Positions 44,663-56,146 of a DNA stretch of 64,000 nt are shown here, one piece after another. The stretch spans positions 53,400-117,399 of the forward strand of contig CANIIA010000001.1 of the NCBI GenBank assembly GCA_947467435.1, in the 5' to 3' direction. The notes beneath the pieces were generated by a model. That model was not told the DNA's origin. It did not search any database and was given only the letters and a program-made list of their open reading frames with translations. Every line of letters begins with the position of its first letter. Position 1 is the first letter of the stretch. The position numbers and the translations under genes were made by a program. The DNA is from Betaproteobacteria bacterium. Its GTDB lineage: Bacteria; Pseudomonadota; Gammaproteobacteria; Burkholderiales; SG8-39.

Positions 44663-46632
44663 GGCAACTCTTCATTAAATTTATCGGTCGCCGCACGTGC
44701 GGCAATGGTGTTTAAACGTTGCTTGAGCGGCATCGATCGGCCCTCAAGCAGTAACGCGTAGTAGATCGTGTTACTCATAATTTTTTTCACGTAATCGCGT
44801 GTTTCTGTAAATGGAATGTTTTCTGCATAAATCGCGCCCTCTAAAGGCTTAGCATCACGCCAACGTCGCGCACGTCCAGGTCCAGCGTTGTACGCCGCCG
44901 AGGCAAGGACTGGATGCTTTAAATCTTCTTGCAGCAATTTTAAATAGCGCGAGCCCAATGCCACATTGGTGGGTACTTCATGTAGTTTTGCCATCGAAAA
45001 ATGCGTGTATCCGGATTTACGTGCAATCCACGTTGCTGTGGTTGGCATGAGCTGCATTAACCCTTGCGCACCCACGGAAGAACGCGCCGTGGTGATAAAG
45101 CGACTTTCCTGTCGGGTGAGTCCGAGCAACCACGCTTCTTCGAGTCCGGTGGCGCTGGCTTGCTGCTGAAATTGATCGCGAAACGGCGCTAGATAGCGCA
45201 TGCGGAAATCATGTTGTTGTTGCGTGCGATCAGCCGCGCTAATAGCCCGATCGACGTGCTGTGCTTCGACCGCAATTTGCGCAGCAGCCAATAAGTCTCG
45301 GTCATCCCGATTGCGCAAGGTATGCGCCCATTCACGCACACCTTCAAGTCGTAAATTCAAACGTAGTAATTCAAACGTGCGTGCCAAGCCCGGCACAGCA
45401 CGCATACGCGATAACTCCTCTGCCGTCGGCGGCGCAGCGTAGGCCGGAACGCCAACACGTTGACCCAATTCTTCGCTGGCCAAAATGCCGTAAAACTCCG
45501 GACGTCCGGCAATGCGTAACCAATACGCCCGCGCACCGTCCATCTTGCCTTGTGCCGCTAAACCACGTGCATACCAATACGACCATGCGGCTTCATTGTG
45601 TGCGCTGACTGGCATGGCATCGATCGCGCTCATCACCATCAGCCAGTTGCCGGCGCGTAACGCGGCGCGCACTTTCCACGCCAACTGCTCTTCGTTGAGT
45701 ACTGTTTCCCCACCACGTTCAAACCAAGTGATCGACGCGGGTAAGTGTTTGCGGGCGCCCTCCACTGCAATGCGCGACCAAGCATATGCACGATCAGCGG
45801 CGCTAAAGCGTTCAGCCAACCGGCCTTGCAAACTGTTTGCCGCGTCTTGCGGTTCTTTAGCTGCTACGCGGGTGAGTGCAAGCAACAACATTTCTTGGCT
45901 TGCGCGCTGTTTTGCTTCTGGCGGATGTGCCAATAATCGCGCCGGTGCGGTCAATGCCGTATGCAATGTCGCCGGTGCAGGCGCTTCTGGTGGTGGCAAC
46001 CAACCGAGCGCACGGCGCGCCGCATTTGTCTGGCCAGCATCCATCAACAAACGGAAACGCTCCCACACGTGTCGCGAACTTAACTTTCCGCTATCGAATA
46101 ACACTTGGATCGGTGTCACACATCCTTCAGGCAGTTCGCGCGGTTCAAAAAAATATGCGCGCGCTGCCTCAAGCGCTGCGGCATCGGCGCGTGCCCAACG
46201 TGCACCAATGACCCAACAACGTGAATCGGCATCTTCGACTTGCAGATTCGCAGCTTCACTTTCCACAGTGGCCCAGTCGCCGCGTTGCGCGAGCACCTTT
46301 AACCACTCAGCGCGTAACCGATCTGCAGGGTAGGTGTCTGGCCAACGCGACAAATAGGCGCGGATCTCTGCCGGGGGCGCTTCATCCATACGCAGCTTGA
46401 GTTTCCAGAAATCCACGTAAGGCTCAAGCACATGACCACGCAGAGTGGCCGCGTATCGCGCCACGCGCGCGGCATCGTTTTTACGAAAGGCTTCGTGCGC
46501 ACCCAGCACCGCTTCATCGCTTGCATTGACGGCGGGGGCTTTGGCCTGCGCAATGCTCATGCTCATCATTACAAGCAAGCCAACCAGGAAGGAACACGTG
46601 GCGCATCGCACTCGATCGCTCGTACGGCGCAT
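44659..46632 (-). CDS. slt: soluble lytic murein transglycosylase (Slt70-like)
   Basis: Signal peptide from ATG 46632 (MRRTSDRVRCATCSFLVGLLVMMSMSIAQA), a superhelical N-terminal region, and the catalytic domain TRQESRF...GAQGLMQLMPTTA...AAYNAGPGR. Confidence 0.85.
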   Translation of the reverse strand: MRRTSDRVRCATCSFLVGLLVMMSMSIAQAKAPAVNASDEAVLGAHEAFRKNDAARVARYAATLRGHVLEPYVDFWKLKLRMDEAPPAEIRAYLSRWPDTYPADRLRAEWLKVLAQRGDWATVESEAANLQVEDADSRCWVIGARWARADAAALEAARAYFFEPRELPEGCVTPIQVLFDSGKLSSRHVWERFRLLMDAGQTNAARRALGWLPPPEAPAPATLHTALTAPARLLAHPPEAKQRASQEMLLLALTRVAAKEPQDAANSLQGRLAERFSAADRAYAWSRIAVEGARKHLPASITWFERGGETVLNEEQLAWKVRAALRAGNWLMVMSAIDAMPVSAHNEAAWSYWYARGLAAQGKMDGARAYWLRIAGRPEFYGILASEELGQRVGVPAYAAPPTAEELSRMRAVPGLARTFELLRLNLRLEGVREWAHTLRNRDDRDLLAAAQIAVEAQHVDRAISAADRTQQQHDFRMRYLAPFRDQFQQQASATGLEEAWLLGLTRQESRFITTARSSVGAQGLMQLMPTTATWIARKSGYTHFSMAKLHEVPTNVALGSRYLKLLQEDLKHPVLASAAYNAGPGRARRWRDAKPLEGAIYAENIPFTETRDYVKKIMSNTIYYALLLEGRSMPLKQRLNTIAARAATDKFNEELP

Positions 46633-46761
46633 CGCGCATCGCGGTAAGATGCGACGCAGTGTCGCCAAAAAACATGAAAAAATCATTTGCTAAGAATAGC
46701 ACGCAGGCCGTGTTTTCCCTATGAAACTCGACGTATTTCAAGCGCGCGATCTCAAGCGACC

Positions 46762-47388
46762 ATGAGCCTCGACAATCATCCTGAAGCACTACGCGCTTGG
46801 CGTCTTGCCGAACGCAAACGGTTAGTGGCACAACGCATGGCGCTGGATGCGCCGACACGGGCGCATGCGCAAACGCAATTCGATCAGCAGCTCACCGCAT
46901 TACTCGCGACGCACGCTGGCGGCGTGTTAGGTTTGTGTTGGCCTTTTCGTCACGAACACGACGCACGCCACCTCGCCTCGCTTTGGCGCGCGCGTGGTGG
47001 GATCAGCGCGCTCCCCGTAGTGCTCGCCGCAGGACAAGCATTGCAGTTTCGCGCGTGGGTGCCAGGTGATGCGATGCAACTGGGTGTGTATGACATTCCG
47101 TTTCCGGCACACGGAACGGTGGTCACGCCAACGGTATTACTCGTGCCAATGAATGGCTTTGATGCACAGGGGTATCGATTGGGCTATGGCGGCGGATTTT
47201 TTGATCGCACCCTTGCCGCGTTACGCGCGCAAGGTCATTCAGTCAGCGTCATCGGCGTGGCCTTTGAATTTTCGCGCTTAACGACGATTTATCCGCAGCA
47301 CTACGATCTTCCGATGGATTGGATCGTGACTGAAACCACCACCTACGCAGTTCGCAATCACTGCTTAGTCGCGCAGCCTGCGCGCTAA
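46762..47388 (+). CDS. 5-formyltetrahydrofolate cyclo-ligase
   Basis: From ATG 46762: ..LRAWRLAERKRLVAQRMAL..., with the C-terminal VLLVPMNGFDAQGYRLGYGGGFFDRTL motif. Confidence 0.85.
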   Translation: MSLDNHPEALRAWRLAERKRLVAQRMALDAPTRAHAQTQFDQQLTALLATHAGGVLGLCWPFRHEHDARHLASLWRARGGISALPVVLAAGQALQFRAWVPGDAMQLGVYDIPFPAHGTVVTPTVLLVPMNGFDAQGYRLGYGGGFFDRTLAALRAQGHSVSVIGVAFEFSRLTTIYPQHYDLPMDWIVTETTTYAVRNHCLVAQPAR

Positions 47389-47397
47389 TTCAGCGTA

Positions 47398-48978
47398 CTA
47401 GCCTAAAAACAATCGATAGGCTGGGTTCGCGCTTTCATCGACATGCGGATAACCCAAGGCGGCCAAAAATTTTCGGAATGCCGGCATTTCTTTTTTCGGC
47501 ACTTGCATCCCCACCAACACACGGCCCGAATCGGCACCATGATTTCGGTAATGAAATAGGCTGATATTCCAATCGGTGCGCATGGCCGATAAAAAATGCA
47601 TCAGCGCGCCGGGGCGCTCCGGAAACTCAAATCGGTACAACAACTCCACCATCGCCGCGGCATCACCTTTGGCGGTGGGCGCGTGTCCGCCGACCATGTG
47701 ACGCACATGTAGCTTGGCCATTTCGTTGTCAGATAAATCAACGGTCTCGAGGCCGTGTCGCTGCAGGCTGCGTAACAACTGCGTGGTTTCATCACGGCCG
47801 GTCACCTGCACGCCAACAAATACATGTGCGATGCGCGGATCGGCCATACGGTAATTAAACTCAGTGATGCTGCGCGCACCCAAGGTGGCGCAAAAGCGTT
47901 TAAATGATCCCGGGCGCTCTGGAATAGTCACGCCCAAAATCGCTTCGCGATGCTCACCCAGCTCGGCGCGCTCTGCCACAAATCGCAAGCGATCGAAATT
48001 GGTATTGGCACCGCACGCAATCGCGACTAGCGTATTTTTTTTGGCATTACTGCGTTCGATCCAAGCTTTAGCACCGGCAATGGCCAAGGCGCCTGCGGGC
48101 TCAAGAATCGAGCGCGTGTCTTCAAACACGTCTTTAATCGCCGCACAAATTGCATCGTTATCGACCACCACCATTTCATCGACGTATTGGCGCGCTAGCC
48201 GAAACGTTTCTTCGCCCACATGCTTCACGGCCACGCCATCGGCAAACAATCCCACCTGCGCCAAGCGCACGCGTCGTCCTGCAGCGAGTGAACGGGTCAT
48301 CGCATCGGAGTCGGTGGGCTGCACGCCAATCACACGAATCTCGGGACGCAAACGTTTCACATAAGCCGCGATTCCACTGATTAACCCTCCACCACCCACA
48401 GCGACAAAAATCGCATCGATGGGTTCGGGATGCTGGCGCAAAATTTCCATTCCAATGGTGCCTTGGCCAGCAATCACCAACGGATCATCGTACGGATGTA
48501 CAAAGGTGAGCTTGGCTTTGCGCTCAAGTAATCGTGCATGGTCATACGCATCGCTATACGAATCGCCGTGTAACAACACTTTGGCGCCGCGTGCGAGTAC
48601 CGCTTGCACTTTGATGCGCGGCGTGGTCACGGGCATCACGATGGTGGCTTGGCAGCCCAAGCGTTGTGCGGCCAGCGCCACGCCTTGCGCGTGATTACCA
48701 GCCGATGCAGCAATCACGCCGCGCGCCAGCGCCGCTGGGGACAACGAAGCCATTTTGTTGTACGCGCCACGCAGCTTGAACGAAAACACCGGCTGCATGT
48801 CTTCGCGCTTTAGCAAAATCTGATTGCCCACGCGCGCCGATAAATTCGGCGCTAACTCTAGGGGCGTTTCAATCGCCACGTCATACACTCGCGCACGTAA
48901 GACTTGTTCGAGATAATCTGCCGGTGCGATGTGCCGCTTGGCACGCGTCTTGGCACGCGAACGCTGTACTTGAGTCAC
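47398..48978 (-). CDS. ilvA: biosynthetic threonine ammonia-lyase
   Basis: 526 aa with a GTG start at 48978. The PLP site LKREDMQPVFSFKLRGAYN, SAGNHAQGVA, and two C-terminal ACT-like regulatory repeats are present. Confidence 0.95.
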   Translation of the reverse strand: MTQVQRSRAKTRAKRHIAPADYLEQVLRARVYDVAIETPLELAPNLSARVGNQILLKREDMQPVFSFKLRGAYNKMASLSPAALARGVIAASAGNHAQGVALAAQRLGCQATIVMPVTTPRIKVQAVLARGAKVLLHGDSYSDAYDHARLLERKAKLTFVHPYDDPLVIAGQGTIGMEILRQHPEPIDAIFVAVGGGGLISGIAAYVKRLRPEIRVIGVQPTDSDAMTRSLAAGRRVRLAQVGLFADGVAVKHVGEETFRLARQYVDEMVVVDNDAICAAIKDVFEDTRSILEPAGALAIAGAKAWIERSNAKKNTLVAIACGANTNFDRLRFVAERAELGEHREAILGVTIPERPGSFKRFCATLGARSITEFNYRMADPRIAHVFVGVQVTGRDETTQLLRSLQRHGLETVDLSDNEMAKLHVRHMVGGHAPTAKGDAAAMVELLYRFEFPERPGALMHFLSAMRTDWNISLFHYRNHGADSGRVLVGMQVPKKEMPAFRKFLAALGYPHVDESANPAYRLFLG

Positions 48979-49011
48979 AAATTTCCCCTATCAATAGAGC
49001 GCGAATTCTAC

Positions 49012-49485
49012 ATGCACCCTTTGCTCAGCTCCGAAGGCGGCACACTGTTTAGCACAGTGGGCGCTTATCTATTGAGTCCCGAGGGCGGACTACTAGCGAT
49101 CTTTTTGTCGAGTTTGATCGCCGCCACCTTATTTCCATTGCCCTCTGAGGTGGTGCTGTTTGGTTACACGCAATTGCACCCCGAACACACCGCGATCGCC
49201 ATCGCCATCGCCACGGTGGGCAATACCCTGGGTGGCATGAGCACCTACGCGATGGGGCGATGGATTCCTGCACACAGCGTGCAGCGGCTGACACCGCGCG
49301 CGTTGGCTTGGTTATATCGATGGGGCGCCAGCGCCACTGCGTTGGCTTTTTTACCCTTGATTGGTGACGCGCTTTGTTTGGCTGCAGGCTGGTTACGTTT
49401 AAACGCGTGGTCCGTGTTGTGGTGGATGAGCGCAGGACGCTTGGCGCGTTATCTCAGCGTTGCGGGGGCAGGGCTACTGTCGTAA
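49012..49485 (+). CDS. yqaA: YqaA family (DedA/VTT-like) membrane protein
   Basis: From ATG 49012. ..LIAATLFPLPSEVVLFG...VGNTLGGMSTY...LPLIGDALCLAAGWLRL.. parallels E. coli YqaA. Confidence 0.8.
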   Translation: MHPLLSSEGGTLFSTVGAYLLSPEGGLLAIFLSSLIAATLFPLPSEVVLFGYTQLHPEHTAIAIAIATVGNTLGGMSTYAMGRWIPAHSVQRLTPRALAWLYRWGASATALAFLPLIGDALCLAAGWLRLNAWSVLWWMSAGRLARYLSVAGAGLLS

Positions 49486-49497
49486 TTGGCAAAGCAA

Positions 49498-51828
49498 TTA
49501 AACCGCCGTGAGTTTGGCCACCCCAAGCGCCAACCACTTCACCCCGTTGCGCGAAAAGTTTACTTGTACGCGCGCCTCACTACCCGCACCCTCGGCATCC
49601 ACAATCACGCCTTGACCAAATTTTGGATGTATCACGCTTTGGCCAATACGAAAGCCACCCAGCGCGCTTGCCGGCGCCGCAAAGCGCGCCGATTGCGCGG
49701 CGGCGGCACCCGCTGAAAAATCGCTCGAAAAATGCCCACGCGCACTCGCACCAGGGTTTAGCCACGCCGCATCGTCGGCTCTCGCACGACGTTCGTTGTA
49801 ACGCGGAGTGAGCCACTTCATTAGGGTTTCGGGGACTTCATTTAAAAAGCGCGACGGCAAGTTGTAGCGCGTTTGGCCATGCAGCATGCGTGTTTGCGCA
49901 ACCGTCAAATACAACCGCGTGCGCGCCCGGGTAATGGCCACATACGCTAAGCGACGCTCTTCTTCTAACCCATCGCGTTCATTCAAGCTTTGCTCGTGCG
50001 GAAACAAGCCTTCTTCTAATCCCGATATAAACACCACCTGAAACTCCAACCCCTTGGCCGAGTGCACGGTCATCATTTGCAACGCGTCTTGCCCTTCACC
50101 GGCTTGATGCTCGCCGGCTTCGAGTGCAGCGTGCGATAAAAATGCCGTCAGCGGATCGACCACGGTGGGATCGGTGGTTTCACCCGTGGCGATATCAATG
50201 ATCGCCTCTGCAGGATCAAAACCGGTTGCTGCATTGACCAATTCGTTTAAGTTTTCAATTCGATCGGCGCCCTCACGCTCTTTGCCGTAGTGCTCGATCA
50301 AGCCGCTGTGTGCGATCACATGCGCTGCGGTTTCGCCAAGCGTGAGGCCGCGGGTTTCTTGTTGTAAGCGTTCAATCAATGCGCGAAACGCCTGCAGGCT
50401 CGTGCCGGCTTTGCCAGCCAGTTGCGGGATCGATGACCACAAACTCCCGGCCAGACGCGACAATCGCGCGTCCTCGTTATCGGGGCCCAAGCCAAACGCT
50501 GGCGTGTTGCTGTCGGTCGCGGTTGGTGCGTTGCGCGCAGCATCGACCAACGCTTCAACCGAACGCGCACCAATGCCACGTGGTGGAAAATTACACACGC
50601 GCAATAACGCATTGTCATCTTCTGGTGTAGCTACTAAGCGCAGATACGCCAACGCGTGCTTCACCTCAGCGCGCTCAAAAAAGCGTAATCCACCATACAC
50701 CCGATACGCAATGCCGGCGCCAAACAGCGCATGTTCAATCACGCGAGATTGCGCGTTCGATCGATACAACACCGCCATATCTTGATAGGGGACCCCTTCA
50801 CGCGATAGGGCTTGCACTTCGTCGACAATAAATCGCGCTTCATCCAAATCGGAGTTGGCTTCATACACACGCAACGGCTCACCTTCGCCAGCGGCTGTCC
50901 AAAGATTTTTTCCGAGACGATTTTCGTTGTGAGCGATCAGCGCATTCGCGGCCGATAAAATATTACCCTGAGAGCGATAGTTTTGCTCGAGGCGAATGAC
51001 TTTTTCAACTGCAAAGTCACGCTCAAAATCAGCCATATTGCCAACGTTAGCACCACGAAAACGATAGATCGACTGGTCATCATCGCCCACCGCAAACAGC
51101 GCGCTGTTCGGTCCGCATAACAAGCGTAACCAGCGGTATTGGAGTCGATTGGTGTCTTGAAATTCATCCACTAAAATATGTCGAAACCGCTCGGCGTAAT
51201 GCGCACGCAACACCTCATTACGGGTGAGTAACTCATAGCTACGCAGCAGCAACTCAGAAAAATCCACCACGCCGTCGCGTTGACATTGCGCATCGTAGGC
51301 GGCGTACATCTCAACGTATCGTCGCGTGATGCCGTCTTGTGCACCGACCGCTTGTGCGCGCAGACCTTCTTCTTTGCGCGCATTGATAAACCACTGCACT
51401 TCGCGTGGCGGAAATTTGTCTTCATCAACGTTCATCGATTTAACGATACGTTTCACCGCAGCCAGTTGATCGGCGCTATCCAAAATCTGAAACGTTTGCG
51501 GTAAGCCCGCGTCTCGATGATGCGCACGTAACATGCGGTTACATAAGCCATGAAACGTGCCGATCCACATACCGCGTGGATTAATCGGCAACATTGCGCT
51601 CAAACGCGTTTGCATTTCGCGCGCCGCCTTGTTGGTAAAGGTCACCGCCAAAATCTGCCCTGGCGAGGCGAGGCTGTTTTTAATCAACCAAGCAATGCGC
51701 GTTGTCAGTACGCGCGTTTTACCACTTCCCGCACCAGCCAAAATCAGGGCGTGTTGCTCGGGCAGCGTCACCGCGGCGTGTTGTTCTGGATTGAGGTGTT
51801 CGAGATAGAGCGACATCGCGGTGTGCAT
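49498..51828 (-). CDS. uvrD: DNA helicase II
   Basis: 776 aa. LNPEQHAAVTLPEQHALILAGAGSGKTRVLTTRIAWL (motif I), VDEFQDTN, TVHSAKGLEF, YVAITRAR. Confidence 0.95.
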   Translation of the reverse strand: MHTAMSLYLEHLNPEQHAAVTLPEQHALILAGAGSGKTRVLTTRIAWLIKNSLASPGQILAVTFTNKAAREMQTRLSAMLPINPRGMWIGTFHGLCNRMLRAHHRDAGLPQTFQILDSADQLAAVKRIVKSMNVDEDKFPPREVQWFINARKEEGLRAQAVGAQDGITRRYVEMYAAYDAQCQRDGVVDFSELLLRSYELLTRNEVLRAHYAERFRHILVDEFQDTNRLQYRWLRLLCGPNSALFAVGDDDQSIYRFRGANVGNMADFERDFAVEKVIRLEQNYRSQGNILSAANALIAHNENRLGKNLWTAAGEGEPLRVYEANSDLDEARFIVDEVQALSREGVPYQDMAVLYRSNAQSRVIEHALFGAGIAYRVYGGLRFFERAEVKHALAYLRLVATPEDDNALLRVCNFPPRGIGARSVEALVDAARNAPTATDSNTPAFGLGPDNEDARLSRLAGSLWSSIPQLAGKAGTSLQAFRALIERLQQETRGLTLGETAAHVIAHSGLIEHYGKEREGADRIENLNELVNAATGFDPAEAIIDIATGETTDPTVVDPLTAFLSHAALEAGEHQAGEGQDALQMMTVHSAKGLEFQVVFISGLEEGLFPHEQSLNERDGLEEERRLAYVAITRARTRLYLTVAQTRMLHGQTRYNLPSRFLNEVPETLMKWLTPRYNERRARADDAAWLNPGASARGHFSSDFSAGAAAAQSARFAAPASALGGFRIGQSVIHPKFGQGVIVDAEGAGSEARVQVNFSRNGVKWLALGVAKLTAV

Positions 51829-52003
51829 TTAAAACGGAGGCGTATTGTCGCATTACGCCGCGCTGCGTCGTCGCTTGCGTCATCATTGGGCCGGTGTTGG
51901 GCAGTAGGGCAGCACCGAAGCACGTCGCTTCCGCTATACTTTGCGGCTCTCTGATTTGTGATTCGCGCCGCGCTGTTTCTCGGCGGTACAACCCCCAAAA
52001 TCC

Positions 52004-54616
52004 ATGCAAGAACGCTACGATCCGCGCGCCGTTGAAACCGAGGCGCAAACCTGGTGGAACACCACCGGCGCTTTCCGTGTTGAGGAAGATCGCACCAAGC
52101 CAAAGTATTACTGCTTGTCGATGTTTCCCTATCCCTCTGGCAAGTTGCACATGGGACACGTACGCAACTACACCATTGGCGATGTGATCACGCGCTATCA
52201 CCGCATGCGCGGCTACAACGTGCTGCAGCCCATGGGTTGGGATGCCTTTGGTTTACCGGCTGAAAACGCGGCCATTGCCAACAAAGTCCCGCCTGCCAAA
52301 TGGACCAACGACAACATCGCGTATATGCGCAGTCAATTGCAAAGCTTGGGCTTTGCAATTGACTGGTCTCGCGAAATCGCCACCTGCGATCCCACTTATT
52401 ACAAATGGAATCAGTGGATGTTTCTTCAGCTGCTCAAGTCCGGCGTGGCTTATCGCAAGACGCAGGTAGTGAATTGGGATCCGATTGATCAAACCGTGCT
52501 CGCCAATGAACAAGTCATCGACGGACGCGGCTGGCGTACTGGCGCGTTGGTCGAACGACGCGAAATTCCCGGCTATTACCTAAAGATCACTCATTACGCC
52601 GAAGAATTACTTGGGCATTTGCATACGCAACTCCCCGGTTGGCCTGAGCGCGTCAAGCTCATGCAAGAAAATTGGATCGGCAAAAGTGAAGGGGTGCGTT
52701 TTGCTTTTACGCACGACATTTGTGGGGCTGACCGCGTTTTAATTGGCGAGGGTAAGTTATGGGTCTTTACCACGCGTGCAGACACCATCATGGGTGTGAC
52801 GTTTTGCGCGGTGGCACCAGAACATCCACTCGCGCAACATGCCGCGCAACAAAACGCAGCGCTTGCGCAGTTTATTGAAGAGTGCAAACAAGGCGGCACC
52901 ACCGAGGCCGAGCTCGCAGTCAAAGAAAAAGCGGGTATGCCCACCGGCTTGTTTGTGTCGCATCCGCTCACCGGTGAATCGATCGAAGTATGGGTCGGAA
53001 ATTATGTGTTGATGAGCTATGGCGACGGCGCTGTGATGGGTGTGCCCGCCCACGATGAACGTGACTTTGCATTCGCCAAAAAATATAACTTGCCGATTCA
53101 ACAAGTCGTGCATGTCGAGGGCCAGCACTTCAGCACCGAGGCTTGGGCCGATTGGTACGCAGATAAACAGCGCGGACACTGCGTCAACTCTGGATCGCTC
53201 GACGGATTGGGTTTGTCGGCAGCGGTCGATGCCGTGGCACGACAACTAGCAGAAAAAAATCTCGGTGAGAAAAAAACCACCTGGCGTTTGCGCGACTGGG
53301 GCATTAGCCGTCAGCGCTACTGGGGCACGCCGATTCCGATCATTCATTGCGACACGCATGGCGCCGTGCCGGTCCCGGAAAAAGATTTGCCAGTGGTGTT
53401 GCCACAAGATTGCGTGCCCGATGGTTCAGGCAACCCACTCAATAAACGCGCTGACTTTTTAAACGTGCCCTGTCCAATTTGCGGTAACGCGTCGCGTCGC
53501 GAAACCGACACCATGGACACCTTCATGGATTCGTCATGGTATTTCGCTCGCTATGCCTGCCCGGATAATGACGCCGCCATGCTCGATGAACGCGCGCGGC
53601 ACTGGATGCCGGTCGATCAATACATCGGCGGCATTGAACACGCCATCTTGCATCTGCTGTATTCGCGGTTTTTCACACGGGCGATGCGTGATGCAGGGTT
53701 ATTGCGTATTGATGAGCCGTTTACTAATTTACTCACGCAAGGCATGGTACTTGCCGAGATGTATCACCTCGACACCGCGGAGGGTCGACGTGAATGGGTT
53801 AACCCGGCCGAGGTCGATGTTGAGCGCGATGCTAAAGGTCGAATTCTGTCAGCCAAGCGCAAAGGGGATGGCGTGGACGTCGTGGCCGATGGCATCGGCA
53901 CCATGTCGAAATCAAAAAACAATGGTGTTGATCCGCAAGCGTTAATTGAAGCCTGTGGTGCAGATACCGCGCGCTTTTTTATTATCTTTACTTCACCACC
54001 AACACAAACGCTCGAGTGGTCTGACGAAGGCGTGGATGGCTCGTTTCGCTTTTTAAAGCGCCTCTGGGCTTGCGCACTGGCCATTGCCTCGCGTGGTCCT
54101 GCCAACGGTGCCGTGACACACGCCGAACTCGATGCCAATAGTAAAACTGCACGGCACGAAATTCACAGCGTACTCAAGCAAGCTACCTACGACATGCAGC
54201 GGCATCAATTTAATACGGTAGCTTCCGCTACCATGAAGATGCTGAACGTGATTGAAAAACTTCCAGCCACAGCGCATGCATTGCGTCACGAAAGTTTGTC
54301 GATTTTATTGCGTGTGCTCGCGCCGATCACGCCTCACATTTGTCACCAGCTTTGGCGTGAACTCGGTTACGGGGACGACGTGCTCAGCGCTGCTTGGCCC
54401 GAGCCTGCAGCCGAAGCGCTTGAACAAGATGAAATTGATTACGTTGTCCAAGTCAGCGGCAAAACACGCGGCACCGTGCGCGCCGCCAAGCTTGCCGATC
54501 AGGCCACACTGCAAGCGTTAGCGCTGGCTGATCCACAAATCGCGAAGCATGTTTCAAGCAGTACATTGAAGAAAGTCATTGTAGTGCCCGGTCGATTAAT
54601 CAATCTGGTGGTGTAA
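52004..54616 (+). CDS. leuS: leucine--tRNA ligase
   Basis: 870 aa. [18 protein letters not shown]...[16 protein letters not shown] (HIGH) and GTMSKSKNN (KMSKS). Confidence 0.97.
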   Translation: MQERYDPRAVETEAQTWWNTTGAFRVEEDRTKPKYYCLSMFPYPSGKLHMGHVRNYTIGDVITRYHRMRGYNVLQPMGWDAFGLPAENAAIANKVPPAKWTNDNIAYMRSQLQSLGFAIDWSREIATCDPTYYKWNQWMFLQLLKSGVAYRKTQVVNWDPIDQTVLANEQVIDGRGWRTGALVERREIPGYYLKITHYAEELLGHLHTQLPGWPERVKLMQENWIGKSEGVRFAFTHDICGADRVLIGEGKLWVFTTRADTIMGVTFCAVAPEHPLAQHAAQQNAALAQFIEECKQGGTTEAELAVKEKAGMPTGLFVSHPLTGESIEVWVGNYVLMSYGDGAVMGVPAHDERDFAFAKKYNLPIQQVVHVEGQHFSTEAWADWYADKQRGHCVNSGSLDGLGLSAAVDAVARQLAEKNLGEKKTTWRLRDWGISRQRYWGTPIPIIHCDTHGAVPVPEKDLPVVLPQDCVPDGSGNPLNKRADFLNVPCPICGNASRRETDTMDTFMDSSWYFARYACPDNDAAMLDERARHWMPVDQYIGGIEHAILHLLYSRFFTRAMRDAGLLRIDEPFTNLLTQGMVLAEMYHLDTAEGRREWVNPAEVDVERDAKGRILSAKRKGDGVDVVADGIGTMSKSKNNGVDPQALIEACGADTARFFIIFTSPPTQTLEWSDEGVDGSFRFLKRLWACALAIASRGPANGAVTHAELDANSKTARHEIHSVLKQATYDMQRHQFNTVASATMKMLNVIEKLPATAHALRHESLSILLRVLAPITPHICHQLWRELGYGDDVLSAAWPEPAAEALEQDEIDYVVQVSGKTRGTVRAAKLADQATLQALALADPQIAKHVSSSTLKKVIVVPGRLINLVV

Positions 54617-54620
54617 AGAC

Positions 54621-55121
54621 ATGCACTTAAAACTTCTTCTGACGAGCCTATGTTTTGTTTTTCTGGCTAGCTGCGGTTTTCAACTGCGCGGCACCGCCAA
54701 CTTGCCGTTTGAAACGCTCTACATTCCGGGCACACAGGGCGGCATTCCGCTAGATCTCAAGCGGTTTGTGCAAGCCGGCACACGCACGCGTGTTGTCGAT
54801 CAGCCCGAACAAGCGCAAGCGCGTTTAGACTTTACCGAAAACACGTATACGCGCGGCAGTTTAGCAATGTCTTCCGGTGGTCGTACCCGCGAAATTCGCC
54901 TGACCTATCGCGTAAATTTTCGCGTGCACGATGGTAAAGGCGGTGAGTATCTACCAACCGCCAGCGTCGTCGTCATCCGCGATATTTCGTATAGCGATGC
55001 CGATGTGTTGGCAAAAGAAGCAGAAGAAGCCAACATTCAACGCGAAATGCAATCGGATGTGGTTCGTCAGATCTTGCGCCGCTTGGAAGCCGCCACGCCG
55101 CCCAAGCCGGTCGTTCCTTAA
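54621..55121 (+). CDS. lptE: LPS-assembly lipoprotein LptE
   Basis: Lipobox FLASCGFQLRG, 166 aa, in the conserved leuS-lptE-holA position. Confidence 0.85.
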   Translation: MHLKLLLTSLCFVFLASCGFQLRGTANLPFETLYIPGTQGGIPLDLKRFVQAGTRTRVVDQPEQAQARLDFTENTYTRGSLAMSSGGRTREIRLTYRVNFRVHDGKGGEYLPTASVVVIRDISYSDADVLAKEAEEANIQREMQSDVVRQILRRLEAATPPKPVVP

Positions 55122-55135
55122 ACGCGCGAGGACGC

Positions 55136-56146
55136 ATGCAGTTGCGTTTGGACCAATTGGCCGGGCACTTACGCCAACCTCTGGCACCACTGTACGTGGT
55201 GCATGGCGATGAACCGTTGCTCGCCATGGAAGCCGCCGATGCGATTCGCGCCGCGAGTCGTGTCCAAGGATGCACCGAGCGTGAATTACTCATGGCCGAA
55301 CGCGGCTTTGATTGGGCGGCGTTCTTACACGCCAGCGCCGCGGGCTCGTTGTTTGGTGACCGCAAATTCATCGAGCTGCGTTTACCCACGGGTAAACCAG
55401 GTACGCAAGGCAGCGCCGCAATCGAGCGTTATTGCGCGCAACTCAACCCCGACATGATCACGCTCGTGAGTGTGCCGCGCTTGGATAAAACCGGTCAAAA
55501 CAGCGCATGGTTTCGCGCCCTTATGGATGTGGGTGTGTGCGTAGATATTTGGCCCGTCGAACGCGCGCGCCTTGCCGATTGGATTGCGCAACGTTTGTTG
55601 GTAAACAAACAACGCGCCGACCGCGACACCTTAAATTTTTTAGCCGATCGCGTTGAAGGCAATTTACTCGCTGCGCATCAAGAGGTTCAAAAACTAGCGC
55701 TGTTGTTACCTGCTGGCGAGATTTCCCTCGATGCGGTGCAAGCAGCGGTGACCGATGTTGCGCGTTTTGATGTGCAGCGTTTAGCTGAAGCTTTTTTATC
55801 TGGCGATACGGCGCGCTATGCGCGTGTTTTAGAAGGCTTGCGTGGTGAAGGTGAGGCCCCCACGTTATTACTGTGGGCCTTGGCCGAGGAGTTACGTGCT
55901 TTGGGCCGCATCGTCGCTGGCACGGCGGCTGGCCGACCGATGGATCAGCTATTTCGAGAAAACCGCGTCTGGCGTAACAAAGAAGCGGCGGTGCGTGCGG
56001 CGTTACGTCGCTCAAGCGATGTCGCCATCCGCAGGGGCCTATCGCACGCAGCGCGGATCGATCGAATGGCCAAAGGGGTCGCACAAGGCAACGTTTGGGA
56101 TGAATTCCTACAACTCGGTCTACACTTCGCGCATGGCACACGCTAA
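55136..56146 (+). CDS. holA: DNA polymerase III subunit delta
   Basis: 336 aa. [29 protein letters not shown]...; synteny after lptE. Confidence 0.9.
   Translation: MQLRLDQLAGHLRQPLAPLYVVHGDEPLLAMEAADAIRAASRVQGCTERELLMAERGFDWAAFLHASAAGSLFGDRKFIELRLPTGKPGTQGSAAIERYCAQLNPDMITLVSVPRLDKTGQNSAWFRALMDVGVCVDIWPVERARLADWIAQRLLVNKQRADRDTLNFLADRVEGNLLAAHQEVQKLALLLPAGEISLDAVQAAVTDVARFDVQRLAEAFLSGDTARYARVLEGLRGEGEAPTLLLWALAEELRALGRIVAGTAAGRPMDQLFRENRVWRNKEAAVRAALRRSSDVAIRRGLSHAARIDRMAKGVAQGNVWDEFLQLGLHFAHGTR

Noticed and set aside
46633-46761. Looked for a 6S RNA (ssrS), which often lies immediately upstream of the 5-formyl-THF cyclo-ligase gene (ygfA) in proteobacteria.
   Set aside because: The gap between the slt start and the cyclo-ligase ATG is only about 130 nt, shorter than a roughly 180-nt 6S RNA. 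I could not trace the long closing stem or central bubble. A cmsearch with RF00013 would settle it.
51829-52003. SOS (LexA) box in the uvrD-leuS divergent region.
   Set aside because: No CTGT-N8-ACAG site is present. The nearest string, CTGTTTCTCGGCGGTACA, fails the right half-site.
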